Shown in pieces: positions 21,989-31,578 of a DNA stretch of 64,000 nt. The notes beneath the pieces are model-generated. The model did not search any database and was not told where the DNA came from. It saw only the letters and a list, made by a program, of their open reading frames with translations. This DNA is from an uncultured Methanosarcinaceae archaeon (GTDB lineage Archaea > Halobacteriota > Methanosarcinia > Methanosarcinales > Methanosarcinaceae): positions 640,001-704,000 of the forward strand of contig CAWJYV010000008.1 in NCBI GenBank assembly GCA_963847185.1, written 5' to 3'. Positions within the stretch are counted from its first letter, which is position 1, and the number at the start of each line of letters is the position of its first letter. Made by a program: the position numbers and the translations under genes.

Positions 21989-23021
21989 AAAGTGTGTTCT
22001 GGATTCGGATATTCCAGGTATAACTTTTAATAAGGAAACAGGGCTATGCCATTTCTGTGAGACATATGCTCCCCTTTCTGTTCAGGAAAAAAATGAATAT
22101 CTGACAAAAATTGAGGAGCTTTTTAAGGAATACCGGGGGAAAGGTACCTATGATGTAATTTATGCCCTTTCCGGGGGGAAAGATTCTTCGTACACACTTT
22201 ACAAGCTCAAAAAAGACTATCCCTTCCTGAAGGTGCTGGCTGTCCAGTTTCAAAATGGATTCACCTCCGAAGGTGCGGTAAAAAATGCAAAAAAGATGTG
22301 TAAGATAACAGGCTCCGATTATTTTCAGCTGACTATGGAAAAGGAAATTCTTTATGAGACTTTCCGGAAGGCGGCAGAATCTTATGATGCATTTCCGAAG
22401 TTTGCTAAATACCGGGCGAGTGATATCTGCAATACCTGTATTACTATCATCAAACAGAAACTGATAGAACAGGCAATTGTTCACAAAGCACCTTTTATTG
22501 TATTTGCTTTTACAGGCGGACAGTCTCCAAACCCAATCATTAACCTTTCACCCAACTTTATACAGTGGTCCAGAAGCCTGTTTGAGAAACAGCTTGAAAA
22601 AATAGGTATTAACGATAAAGATGAACTCTTCCTCATCAAAAAAGAGATCGTTGAAAATATGGGGGACTCTGCCCTAAGTATTCTGCATCCTCTCTGTCTA
22701 TGGGAATACAGTGAAGATAAAGTAGTGGATACACTTTTGAAGATTGGATGGGAGCAGCCTAATATTAATGACAGTAATTCAACCAATTGTACCTTGAACG
22801 CTTTCGCATGCTATAACCACCTGGAAAAATACGGGTTCCATCCATACGCCTTTGATACGGCAGGACTTGTGCGAAGCGGGGAAATGTCCAGGGAAGAAGG
22901 GTTTGAAAAAATCAATCAGGAATTATCAAGACCATTAATAGAAGAAGCTGCAAAGAAGCTTAAAATGAATGTTAAGAGCTTGAATGTAAAAGACTCTCAT
23001 AAAATACTAACGACAATTTGA
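21969..23021 (+). CDS. N-type ATP pyrophosphatase (PP-loop), WbpG/N-acetyl-sugar amidotransferase-like
   Basis: N-terminal CKKC...CHFC, ALSGGKDSSY, ICNTC, STNC and VRSGEMSREE; overlaps the ligase gene by 20 nt. Confidence 0.82.
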   Translation: MSKLVCKKCVLDSDIPGITFNKETGLCHFCETYAPLSVQEKNEYLTKIEELFKEYRGKGTYDVIYALSGGKDSSYTLYKLKKDYPFLKVLAVQFQNGFTSEGAVKNAKKMCKITGSDYFQLTMEKEILYETFRKAAESYDAFPKFAKYRASDICNTCITIIKQKLIEQAIVHKAPFIVFAFTGGQSPNPIINLSPNFIQWSRSLFEKQLEKIGINDKDELFLIKKEIVENMGDSALSILHPLCLWEYSEDKVVDTLLKIGWEQPNINDSNSTNCTLNAFACYNHLEKYGFHPYAFDTAGLVRSGEMSREEGFEKINQELSRPLIEEAAKKLKMNVKSLNVKDSHKILTTI

Positions 23022-23096
23022 GCTGGAAGTACAGTTCACTAATTTAACAATAGACATTCGTATAAAAATCGTTCCAATAATTATGGGGGAAAAACT

Positions 23097-24089
23097 ATGC
23101 AGGTAGCAAAAGAAATGAACATAAACATAATGGAAGAGCTGACTAGAGACATTGGAAGTGTAGCTCTAAATCTAAGAAGTTTTATTAAAGACCAAATCGT
23201 AGGTTTTAAGAAAAAAGGAGCAGTGTTAGGAGTATCCGGCGGAATTGATTCGGCTGTAGCTCTTACCCTTTGCGTGCAGGAGTTGGGGAAGGAAAATGTT
23301 TACGGGATCCTGCTGCCTGAGAAAGAGTCGGCTCCTTCAAGCAAAGTTCTGGGTGCAGAAATTTGCGAAAGTCTTGGTGTAGAATATGAGGAAGTTCCTA
23401 TCTCTCCAATTCTTAAATCACTTAACATTTATAAGAAGAAAGATGACCTTATAAAAAGGGTCTGTCCGGAGTATAACCCCAGGATACATAAAACCTCGCT
23501 GGTTCTTCCTGATTTCCTTGAGCAGGGCCTTTTGAACGTTCCTTACATTCGATTGATGAAAGGTGATGAAACTGTTGGGAAGTACAGGTTGAAGGCAAAT
23601 GACTATCTGGAACTTATCGGGTTACAGGGTGTCAAGCAGAGGTCCAGAATGATGGTTCAGTATATGTATGCCGAACAGATGAACTATGTAGTTTGCGGCA
23701 CAACAAATAAAACCGAGCTGGTCCTGGGTCAGTTTGTGAAATACGGAGACGGAGGTGTAGATCTCGAACCCCTTGCTGATTGTTATAAGACACAGATCTA
23801 CGCTCTTGGTAGACATTTAAAAGTCAACGAAGAGATTATGAAGCGTCCTCCAAGTGCCGATACCTGGAGCCATTATACAACTGACCAGGAATTCTACTGG
23901 CGGATGCCTATAAATATTATGGATCAGTTGCTGTATTCATTTGAACATAAATTACCTTGTAGTGTAATTGAAAAGAATACAGGCCTCCCCAGAGACAAGA
24001 TAGAAAAAACTAGAAGGCACCTCGGAAGAATAAAGAGTACAACAGAATATATTAGGTCCACTCCTCCGGTTTATTATCTTGACAGATAA
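23097..24089 (+). CDS. nadE: NH3-dependent NAD synthetase-like protein (NadE paralog with a large insertion)
   Basis: GVSGGIDS, GTTNKTE, KYGDGGVD, KTQIYALG and PPSAD. About 60 extra residues precede the KQRSRM helix, so the true substrate is uncertain. Confidence 0.8.
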   Translation: MQVAKEMNINIMEELTRDIGSVALNLRSFIKDQIVGFKKKGAVLGVSGGIDSAVALTLCVQELGKENVYGILLPEKESAPSSKVLGAEICESLGVEYEEVPISPILKSLNIYKKKDDLIKRVCPEYNPRIHKTSLVLPDFLEQGLLNVPYIRLMKGDETVGKYRLKANDYLELIGLQGVKQRSRMMVQYMYAEQMNYVVCGTTNKTELVLGQFVKYGDGGVDLEPLADCYKTQIYALGRHLKVNEEIMKRPPSADTWSHYTTDQEFYWRMPINIMDQLLYSFEHKLPCSVIEKNTGLPRDKIEKTRRHLGRIKSTTEYIRSTPPVYYLDR

Positions 24090-24299
24090 GCTGTAGAAGA
24101 CGAATCTTGAAGGTGAAGTAATAAATCGTAGAGATTTACAGCTTTTCCTTCAAAAAATAACTTTTTTAAGCTAACATTCCGAGTTGAATCGGAGAAAAAA
24201 CGGTTTTAGATTATTTTTATACTTGTTTTGGAATGCAGAAAAGACAAAATTAATTTAACAAGATTGTATAATTAACAATACTGTACAAAATATTAAAGT

Positions 24300-25439
24300 G
24301 TGATTATGAATACCAAGGTTTCTATTGTTCGCTGTAGCGATTATTCAAAAGCAAAAGATGCAATTAGAGAGTCGCTTAATTTGATAGGCGGCTTTGAGAA
24401 GATCATATCTCCTGGAAGCCGCGTACTGCTCAAACCCAATGTACTTGCCGCTCGGCCTCCAGAGGATGCTGTCACAACTCATCCGGCAGTAGTTTCTGCA
24501 ATGTGTGAACTGATTTTGGAGATTGGCGGAATTCCGGTTATAGGAGATGGGTCAGGAATTGTAGGGTCAGGATCTACAAACACTTCTAAAGCGTTTAAAA
24601 TATCGGGAATTGAAGATGTCGCGTCCAGTTGCGAGGTAGAATTAATCAACTTTGAGACCTCTGGTTATATTGAAGTCGATGTTCCCAATGCCAGGGAATT
24701 CCAGCGTCTGCACATAGCAAAAGCCGTACTCGAAGCAGATGTAATAATTTCACTTCCAAAGCTCAAGACCCATGAGCTCACACTCTACACGGGAGCTGTA
24801 AAAAATTTCTTTGGTACTATTCCTCAGAAAAACAGAAAACAGGCTCATTTCCTGGAAGACCGTGATCGCTTTGGAAATGCAGTTGTCGATATATACTCAA
24901 TCGTCAAACCTCATCTCGCAGTCATGGACGGGGTGCTTGGAATGGAGGGCAACGGCCCTTCAAACGGTGCGCCTGTTTTTGCAGGTGTGATCATGGCAAG
25001 CTATGACTGTGTATCCCTGGATATTGCGGCTTCCGAACTCATAGGATTTGACCCCTTGAAGGTCCCTACAAATAAAGCTGCTCTCTCAAGAGGGTTTGGA
25101 ACCGAACATCCCGAGATTGTAGGAGTACCACTGGACAGTTTAAAGGTCAAGTTTAAAGAGCCAGAAGGTGGAATTACTGCCCATGTGCCACATTTCCTTA
25201 TGAGGGTCCTCCGAAAGCAGTTAACTGTAAAACCTTTTATCAACACTTCAACCTGCGCCTTTTGTAAAGCCTGCGTTTTAAACTGTTCAGCACATGCTAT
25301 TGAGGAAGCGGGAAAAACACTTAAAATTAACCAAAAAAAATGTATCCAGTGCTATTGTTGTCGGGAACTTTGTCCCAATGATGCAGTAGAAATAAGGAAA
25401 TCCTTTATATTGAGACTTGTAACTAGAATTAAAAGCTAA
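24300..25439 (+). CDS. DUF362 protein with C-terminal 2x[4Fe-4S] ferredoxin domain
   Basis: VLLKPN, TTHP, LPKLKTH, GAVKNFFG, GMEGNGP and two CxxCxxCxxxC motifs. Confidence 0.9.
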   Translation: MIMNTKVSIVRCSDYSKAKDAIRESLNLIGGFEKIISPGSRVLLKPNVLAARPPEDAVTTHPAVVSAMCELILEIGGIPVIGDGSGIVGSGSTNTSKAFKISGIEDVASSCEVELINFETSGYIEVDVPNAREFQRLHIAKAVLEADVIISLPKLKTHELTLYTGAVKNFFGTIPQKNRKQAHFLEDRDRFGNAVVDIYSIVKPHLAVMDGVLGMEGNGPSNGAPVFAGVIMASYDCVSLDIAASELIGFDPLKVPTNKAALSRGFGTEHPEIVGVPLDSLKVKFKEPEGGITAHVPHFLMRVLRKQLTVKPFINTSTCAFCKACVLNCSAHAIEEAGKTLKINQKKCIQCYCCRELCPNDAVEIRKSFILRLVTRIKS

Positions 25440-25564
25440 AAAAAGATTTATTTTAAAAAAATGACATCCTAAAAACTTATTAATAAATCCGAAACTGTGG
25501 GAAGTTATTTATTCTTTAAAGAGTAATGGAAAGTTAGGAATTATATATAAAGGGGGGCACTGCC

Positions 25565-26098
25565 ATGAGTGAAGTAATATCTAACAGAGATAAAGTAACT
25601 TTTAATGAGGTAGCCGATCATTATCATAGTAACAAACTCCTTTTTGGACTAAAATATTTTAAGAACTGGGTTCTGGAAAGACTGGCTTCATGCGTTCCTG
25701 TTCCTACCTGGAGGGTAAAATTTCACAGAATGAGAGGAGTTAATCTCGGGAAGAATGTTTATGTAGGTTATGATGTTGTTTTTGATCGCATTCATCCTGA
25801 ATTAATTACGGTAGGAGATTATTCAGAAATTGGGGATAGATGCATCCTCTCTGCACATTCGAGAGGCAGTTTAACTACAAGACAGGCTTATCCGAGAAGT
25901 ATGGAACCTATCATAATTGGACGTGGAGTATCTGTTAATCCTGGATGCATAATTACTCAAGGGGTCGAGATAGGAGATAATTCCATAATAGGAATAGGAT
26001 CAGTAGTTACCCGTGATATTTCTCCAAATAGTCTTGCTCTTGGCTACCCTGCCAAAGTTGTTAAAAAACTTGAGGGTGTAGGCGAGCTTCAAACCTGA
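25565..26098 (+). CDS. Hexapeptide-repeat (left-handed beta-helix) O-acyltransferase
   Basis: GVNLGKNVYVG, IIIGRGV, GVEIGDNSIIGIGSVVTRDI and GYPAKVVK. Confidence 0.88.
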   Translation: MSEVISNRDKVTFNEVADHYHSNKLLFGLKYFKNWVLERLASCVPVPTWRVKFHRMRGVNLGKNVYVGYDVVFDRIHPELITVGDYSEIGDRCILSAHSRGSLTTRQAYPRSMEPIIIGRGVSVNPGCIITQGVEIGDNSIIGIGSVVTRDISPNSLALGYPAKVVKKLEGVGELQT

Positions 26099-26358
26099 TT
26101 TTGATAATCCTATTATCTCTTATAAGGGGATTTATAATCTTTATTTCCCTTCTTTATTTTCCCTTCTTTATTTTTCCTTCAATTTTAAAGTCAAATTTTT
26201 TCTGATTTCAATGAGAGGAAATCTTGATCGTATATTTCTATTCTTAGCGTCTAATTCCTGATTCCTGAGCACTTGTTCAAAGAAAGACTAAGGAAAAAGA
26301 AGAATAATAGGATTGGAAAAACAGGAATAAGTCTAAAAAATGAGACAAAGAAAAGAGA

Positions 26359-26943
26359 TCATTTATCGGATTTGTATTTGAATTCGAAACCAAGCTTATT
26401 CAGAGCAAAAAGTGCCATCATTATCACAAAGAAAACAGCAAATACCGATACAAAAGACTTTAAGAGATAGAGCATGAGCCCATTTTCTTGAAAACCCGAA
26501 TCCATCAAAGAGGACAATTTTATTGTTCCATCGTATATCGGATATAAGTAATTAATACCGTTTTCACTAACGTCATCAAGTAAGAGATGAGTCAGGAAAG
26601 CCGCTTCTCCAAATAGACCCAAATATATTGCTTTGTCAAGTTTCCGGTATGCAAGATAACCCACAAGCGTTCCAAATATTATTGCAGAGGAACTAAATAA
26701 TAATGAATGCGTTGGGATCGGGCCAGCCCAGCAATGCCCTAAATTACCGTTTACGAATATATTATAAACGGCCATAATATCCGGAAATAGAGTGCATAAA
26801 CTGCCTATAAACAGAAGCAATAGGAGTGAGGGCATGTCCCTTAATGAGAGCTCCCCGCGAAAAAGAGATCTTATAACCGCATAGACAGCTACTGCGCTGA
26901 TGCAGAACACAAAGAATAAAACATGCGCAACTGGATAGGGCAT
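26359..26943 (-). CDS. Membrane-bound metal-dependent hydrolase (YdjM-like)
   Basis: N-terminal H, LFPD, THSLLF and THLLLD in a multi-TM protein. Confidence 0.85.
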   Translation of the reverse strand: MPYPVAHVLFFVFCISAVAVYAVIRSLFRGELSLRDMPSLLLLLFIGSLCTLFPDIMAVYNIFVNGNLGHCWAGPIPTHSLLFSSSAIIFGTLVGYLAYRKLDKAIYLGLFGEAAFLTHLLLDDVSENGINYLYPIYDGTIKLSSLMDSGFQENGLMLYLLKSFVSVFAVFFVIMMALFALNKLGFEFKYKSDK

Positions 26944-27068
26944 AATAGGACACTTTTTTAATATATTTATTTGAATTAAAAGAGAAGATGTTTTGTAAGT
27001 ATATAATACTTATCACAAATATTGAAAGAGAATCCAATATTTATTACGATATTTAAAAAAGAATCTCC

Positions 27069-28130
27069 TTAGAGAGGGATTAATTCTACAACCAGTCCAT
27101 CTTCAAAGGGATGTCTTTCAACAATGAAAATCCTGGTCTCAGAATGCTGCAGCTCTTCTTTTAACTCATCTTTTAACTCTTCCAGTAACCACCAGGCGAT
27201 TTCAATTTTCCCATCCTTTATTTCAAACAGTTCTGAGGGAATTTCCATATTTTTCAGAATATCGTCTGCAAGTCCTATGTTTCCACCTTCAATGACCCCA
27301 TAGACAAGAGTCCCGTCTTCAGTGATTTCATCAAACTCTCTTGCAGTATTCTTTGCAATCCGCTGAAACCTTTTGCGGAGCTGGACTGCATCCTTATAGG
27401 TTGAGGAACAAAAGTGTATTTTTTTGCCTGCTGAAAAAGCGTTCTTAGCGTAGTTACAGGAACCTGAAGCTGCGCTTGATGTGTCTGATTCGAGGAAGAA
27501 GCCGTTTTTAAGAAGAGCTTTTGAATTATTATCCGAAAATTCCAGTTCATTCAGGTTAAGGAAAACTCCCATTTCTGCTGCAAAAGCTGCGACATTTTCC
27601 ACTCCTTCAAGAGACGGAATTTCAATTCCAGCTTCAATTCCAAGCTCTTTTGCAATTTGAATGGAACTTTTGTACGGACTGCTCTTTAGCCCTGTCCAGC
27701 TTTCCTGGGGTGGATGGAAACGAATTTCATCAAGGCCGGCATCGGCAAGTTTTTCTAGAGTCTGTCTCTCAGGAGCCAGAGAAGTGTAAAGATGGATGTG
27801 ATGTTCTTCTCCAAAAAATGATTTTAGAATTCTGATATAATGAAGAACTTTTTCTATTTTCAGAAGAGGCTCCCCGCCTGTAATCCCTGTCCCGAGTGCA
27901 TCCATAAGCTCAGCTTCTCTCAGCAAATCCTCATCGCCGTTTACGGCTCTTTCGTTTGCAAAAACAAGATCCTTTCCTCGCCTTTCATCAGAAAGTGGAC
28001 AGTAAAAGCAGCTTTTTGGGCAAAGGCCGGTTATAAAGAGCACCATTTTTGCTCCTTCCTGGCAGAGCCTGCAGCCTTCAGAAAGATAGCTGCAAAAAGA
28101 GCCGGTCTCATCTTGAGTGAACTTATCCAT
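27069..28130 (-). CDS. Archaeal radical SAM protein
   Basis: GCRLC, CPKSCFYC, TGGEPL and LDEIRFH. Confidence 0.9.
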   Translation of the reverse strand: MDKFTQDETGSFCSYLSEGCRLCQEGAKMVLFITGLCPKSCFYCPLSDERRGKDLVFANERAVNGDEDLLREAELMDALGTGITGGEPLLKIEKVLHYIRILKSFFGEEHHIHLYTSLAPERQTLEKLADAGLDEIRFHPPQESWTGLKSSPYKSSIQIAKELGIEAGIEIPSLEGVENVAAFAAEMGVFLNLNELEFSDNNSKALLKNGFFLESDTSSAASGSCNYAKNAFSAGKKIHFCSSTYKDAVQLRKRFQRIAKNTAREFDEITEDGTLVYGVIEGGNIGLADDILKNMEIPSELFEIKDGKIEIAWWLLEELKDELKEELQHSETRIFIVERHPFEDGLVVELIPL

Positions 28131-28289
28131 ATCTGAATCTGCATATTCTGTTTTTATATATAAGGCTTTTTTAAAGCACCGTTTTTATAAGAGTAGTGGG
28201 GGATCTAAGTAAGGGTAAATAGCAATTGCTCGGCGAGAATTTTCCGGGCTTAGAAAGCAATATATCCGTAGAATTCCAAAGGTTAGCTA

Positions 28290-28475
28290 ATGTCAGAAAA
28301 AAATGGATACGTCGTGGTTTTCGGCTGCAAAAGGTGCGGAAAATGCAGGGATATCTGCCCTGTAGGCGCAATCTACGAGGAAAACGAGCTTGCAAAAGTC
28401 AACCCGAAAAAATGTACTCTATGCATGAAATGCATCGATGAGTGTACGAATAGATCAATTATCTATATGGAATAA
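28290..28475 (+). CDS. 2x[4Fe-4S] ferredoxin
   Basis: CKRCGKCRDICP and CTLCMKCIDEC. Confidence 0.9.
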   Translation: MSEKNGYVVVFGCKRCGKCRDICPVGAIYEENELAKVNPKKCTLCMKCIDECTNRSIIYME

Positions 28476-28476
28476 A

Positions 28477-29232
28477 ATGAAACAAAGCTATTGGGATAAG
28501 GTGCATAAAGTGGAAAAAATTTCGGTTAAGGGAAAAATCATAGATATTACAATTCCTATTTCTCCTTTTATGCGAGTTTTCCCCGGAGACCCGAAACCCT
28601 CAATAAAGAAAATCTGTACTCTTGAAAAAGAAGGTTTCGCTCTATCCGATTTAAGACTGGGAAGCCACACCGGCACCCATGTTGATGCCCAATCTCATGT
28701 TTTAGACAATGGTCTGCCTGTTGACAAACTTGAACTTGAAAATCTAATGGGCATGGCACTTTTACTGGATTTTACATCAATTGCAGGTGCACTGACCGCT
28801 GACATCCTTGAAAAAGCCCTGCAGAATACAGGAGTCTCCGAAGATATCCCAATTCTTCTTCTGAAAACGGAAGGTACTTCCAGAGAGCTGAAAGGCATAG
28901 AAGATATTGATTTTCAGAGCATGAAATCAGAATTCCAGAATGAAGAATACGAGGAAGGAGAGACTTGCCCTGCATACCTTGATGAAAGTGCAGCATCATG
29001 GATTCTTAAGAAAGGGTTTAAAACCGTAGGAATAGACAGTTTTTCCATAGATAATTTACATTCCGAAAGCCTGCCGGTTCACCATTTGCTGCTTTCAAAC
29101 AACGTGAATATAGTGGAATGCCTTGAACTCAGTTCGGTAGAAGCGGGAATTTATTTCTTCCTGTGCTTGCCTCTGAAAATAGAAGGTTGTGACGGCGCGC
29201 CAGCAAGAGCTTTATTGATCTCTTATCCTTGA
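28477..29232 (+). CDS. Cyclase/kynurenine formamidase-family metal hydrolase
   Basis: FPGDP, HTGTHVDA, GIDSFSID, VECL and DGAPARA; the exact start is uncertain. Confidence 0.88.
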   Translation: MKQSYWDKVHKVEKISVKGKIIDITIPISPFMRVFPGDPKPSIKKICTLEKEGFALSDLRLGSHTGTHVDAQSHVLDNGLPVDKLELENLMGMALLLDFTSIAGALTADILEKALQNTGVSEDIPILLLKTEGTSRELKGIEDIDFQSMKSEFQNEEYEEGETCPAYLDESAASWILKKGFKTVGIDSFSIDNLHSESLPVHHLLLSNNVNIVECLELSSVEAGIYFFLCLPLKIEGCDGAPARALLISYP

Positions 29233-29400
29233 CTTTTCTTATCTTTATTATATCGTTGACTTTTACTTTTTCTACTATCTTTATTTATATTTGTGACTTT
29301 TACCCTTTTGTGACTTTTACCCTTAATAGTACTTCAATTTTACATTTCTTGCCCTTTAACTTCGAAATTTATCCCCCGCATTATCTCTAACAATTATTTT

Positions 29401-30000
29401 TCAAAATTGAGACATAGTATATCTTATCCCGTCCTGAGTGACCATTTCAAACAGGAATTCTCCCGAAATAGGGGATTTTATTACCACTCCCCTTTCTTCA
29501 AGAGGCAAAACCTCTTCAGTGTTTTCCTGATTTCCAGCAGGAATCCATAATCCTTCTGAGTTGCTTTCTCCCTTTACGAAATAGACAGGCTGCCCTTCAA
29601 GAAATACCCTTTCTTTAACTCCATTCTTATACTGGTAAATTATTGTATTATTTTCCAGTAACCAATCGGAATCACTCAGGTTTCCGTTGCATTCGGGGTC
29701 CGGGTCAACTCCGAAACTTAGGTACCTGACTGAAGCAGGTAGAGAAAATTTGAGAATACACGTACTCCCTTCAGGACTGAATTCTTCAGCAGGATTTCGG
29801 GCATATCCTGCCTGGATTGAGCGGATTGAGAGAGCAGCAGTTTCGACCTGATCTTTAATTTCCGCATCCTCCAGAAGAGGAATTGCTGTACTCCAGCCCT
29901 GAGCCAATAAAATTAAGATTGCTGAAAGTAACCCCAGATATACGACGAGCTTGAGCGGGATCGTATCAGCTGCTACAGTATCAGAAAAGAACTGTTTCAT
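29401..30000 (-). CDS. Hypothetical membrane-anchored protein with pilin-like (class III) N-terminus
   Basis: MKQFFSDTVA-ADTIPLKLVVYLGLLSAILILLA followed by a soluble beta-rich domain. Confidence 0.7.
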   Translation of the reverse strand: MKQFFSDTVAADTIPLKLVVYLGLLSAILILLAQGWSTAIPLLEDAEIKDQVETAALSIRSIQAGYARNPAEEFSPEGSTCILKFSLPASVRYLSFGVDPDPECNGNLSDSDWLLENNTIIYQYKNGVKERVFLEGQPVYFVKGESNSEGLWIPAGNQENTEEVLPLEERGVVIKSPISGEFLFEMVTQDGIRYTMSQF

Positions 30001-30321
30001 ATACTAACTAAGAGACATACAGAATAAAAAATTTTACTTTTAATGAGCTCCAAAGAATTTGTTTCCAGTGAAAACAAACGACTTTTGAGAATTAAAAATT
30101 AAAAAGGAAAACTTGAAGGATAAGGAACAGACTAAAGATAAATGAGAGAAACTAAAGCAAATTAGATTAAAAATTAGATTAAAAATTAAAGAAGAACTCA
30201 AACAAAAAGCGGATAAGAAAAAAACTAAGGCTTAATAGTTGAGGCTAATATTAGGGCTTAATAGGATCTAAGCCTGGATTTGAACAAAGTCCAGATTAAG
30301 AGATAAAATAAGCTAGAAAAG

Positions 30322-30369
30322 AATGAGCTAAAAAAATGAGCTAAAAAAATGAGCTAAAAAAATGAGCTA
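30322..30369. repeat. 13-bp tandem repeat (aatgagctaaaaa, about x3.7)
   Basis: gaatgagctaaaaaaatgagctaaaaaaatgagctaaaaaaatgagctag. Confidence 0.85.
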
Positions 30370-30407
30370 GAAGACAAAATAAAACAAAAAACCTGGGAGG
30401 GTTTGGG

Positions 30408-30875
30408 ATAAACGAAGAATCTGAAGAAAACCTGCTTTGCATACCCTTTTCAGAGGAGCAGCTCGAAGAGGTAAAAAAATATGCGGCTCTGAACAAGATG
30501 GAGGTTGAAGAGTTTATAAGGAATGTTTGCCTAACTCACTGCCTCCAGCAAATGGAATATATATATGGGCAGAGAGGAGAAGTACCTCCCGAATGTGGAG
30601 GAGGGCCTGCAAAACCGGAAAGCGGATCAAAAACCGAGCCAAGGAAAATTGAAGTAAGTGAGCAAAAGAAAATTGAAATGAAAGGTAAGCCAACTTCAAA
30701 AGATCTGCTCGATGGGCCGCTAATTCTGGATCAGCAGTGCATAATGGATTTATTTGCAATCAAACGAGAGTTCTGTGATACTTCAAATAACAAAATAATT
30801 ACTGTTGCCCTGAAGCTGGGTTTAAATCAGCTCAGTGTGGCTCTTGACATGCTCAAGCATAAACTGAAAGAATGA
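30408..30875 (+). CDS. Hypothetical protein with ribbon-helix-helix-like N-terminus; probable non-canonical (ATA) start
   Basis: The frame of ORF 30498 is open upstream (LCIPFSEEQLEEVKKYAALNKMEVEEFIR). GGAGG lies 7 nt before ATA 30408. Confidence 0.55.
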   Translation: MNEESEENLLCIPFSEEQLEEVKKYAALNKMEVEEFIRNVCLTHCLQQMEYIYGQRGEVPPECGGGPAKPESGSKTEPRKIEVSEQKKIEMKGKPTSKDLLDGPLILDQQCIMDLFAIKREFCDTSNNKIITVALKLGLNQLSVALDMLKHKLKE

Positions 30876-31023
30876 CTGAAGCAAAAAAGGAGAAATTAAA
30901 GATAAAGATCTAAAGTCCCTTTGTAAGCAATTTTTTGCAGGTACGGTTTTTGAATGAGGAACTTCGGATCTTTCAGATTTTACCGTTTTTTAGGTCTTGC
31001 TATTTGATTTTATATCTTATTTT

Positions 31024-31578
31024 TTATGCCTTACTGTTAAACCATTCAAGGAACTTATCAATGGCCCTGCGCCGGTGGGAAACCTTATTCTTCTCGGCAT
31101 CTCCGAGTTCTCCGAAGGTTATGCCGTTATACTCAAAAATTGGATCATACCCAAAACCGCCTGTGCCTCTCTCTTCGTATGCTATTTTTCCTTCGACAAC
31201 GCCTGGAAAAACCAGAGGCTCTTTTCCGGGTTCGCAGTACCCGATTACGGTCTTGAAATAAGCGCTCCTGTCTTCTTCTCCTTCCATCAGTTTGAGCACT
31301 TTAGGGTTTCCGAGTTTGTCCTCTATAAAACGTGAGTAAGGGCCTGGAAAGCCATTTAAGGCATTTATGAATATACCTGAGTCATCAACCATTACAGGCA
31401 TGTTGAGTTTATTTGCAACATATTGCGCTCCATAAGCTGCAATAGGTTCAAGTTCATCTTCCTGAAGTTCGGGGTAGCCGTCTTTATCCTGAATAACTTC
31501 TATTCCGAAAGCTGTGAGAATGTCCCTTACTTCAGCAAACTTGCCCTTATTTCCAGTAACAAAAACAATCTTATGCAT
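31024..31578 (-). CDS. rdgB: XTP/dITP diphosphatase (HAM1/RdgB)
   Basis: FVTGNKGK, DDSG, GFPGPYS, GFGYDPIF and SHRRRA. Confidence 0.95.
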   Translation of the reverse strand: MHKIVFVTGNKGKFAEVRDILTAFGIEVIQDKDGYPELQEDELEPIAAYGAQYVANKLNMPVMVDDSGIFINALNGFPGPYSRFIEDKLGNPKVLKLMEGEEDRSAYFKTVIGYCEPGKEPLVFPGVVEGKIAYEERGTGGFGYDPIFEYNGITFGELGDAEKNKVSHRRRAIDKFLEWFNSKA

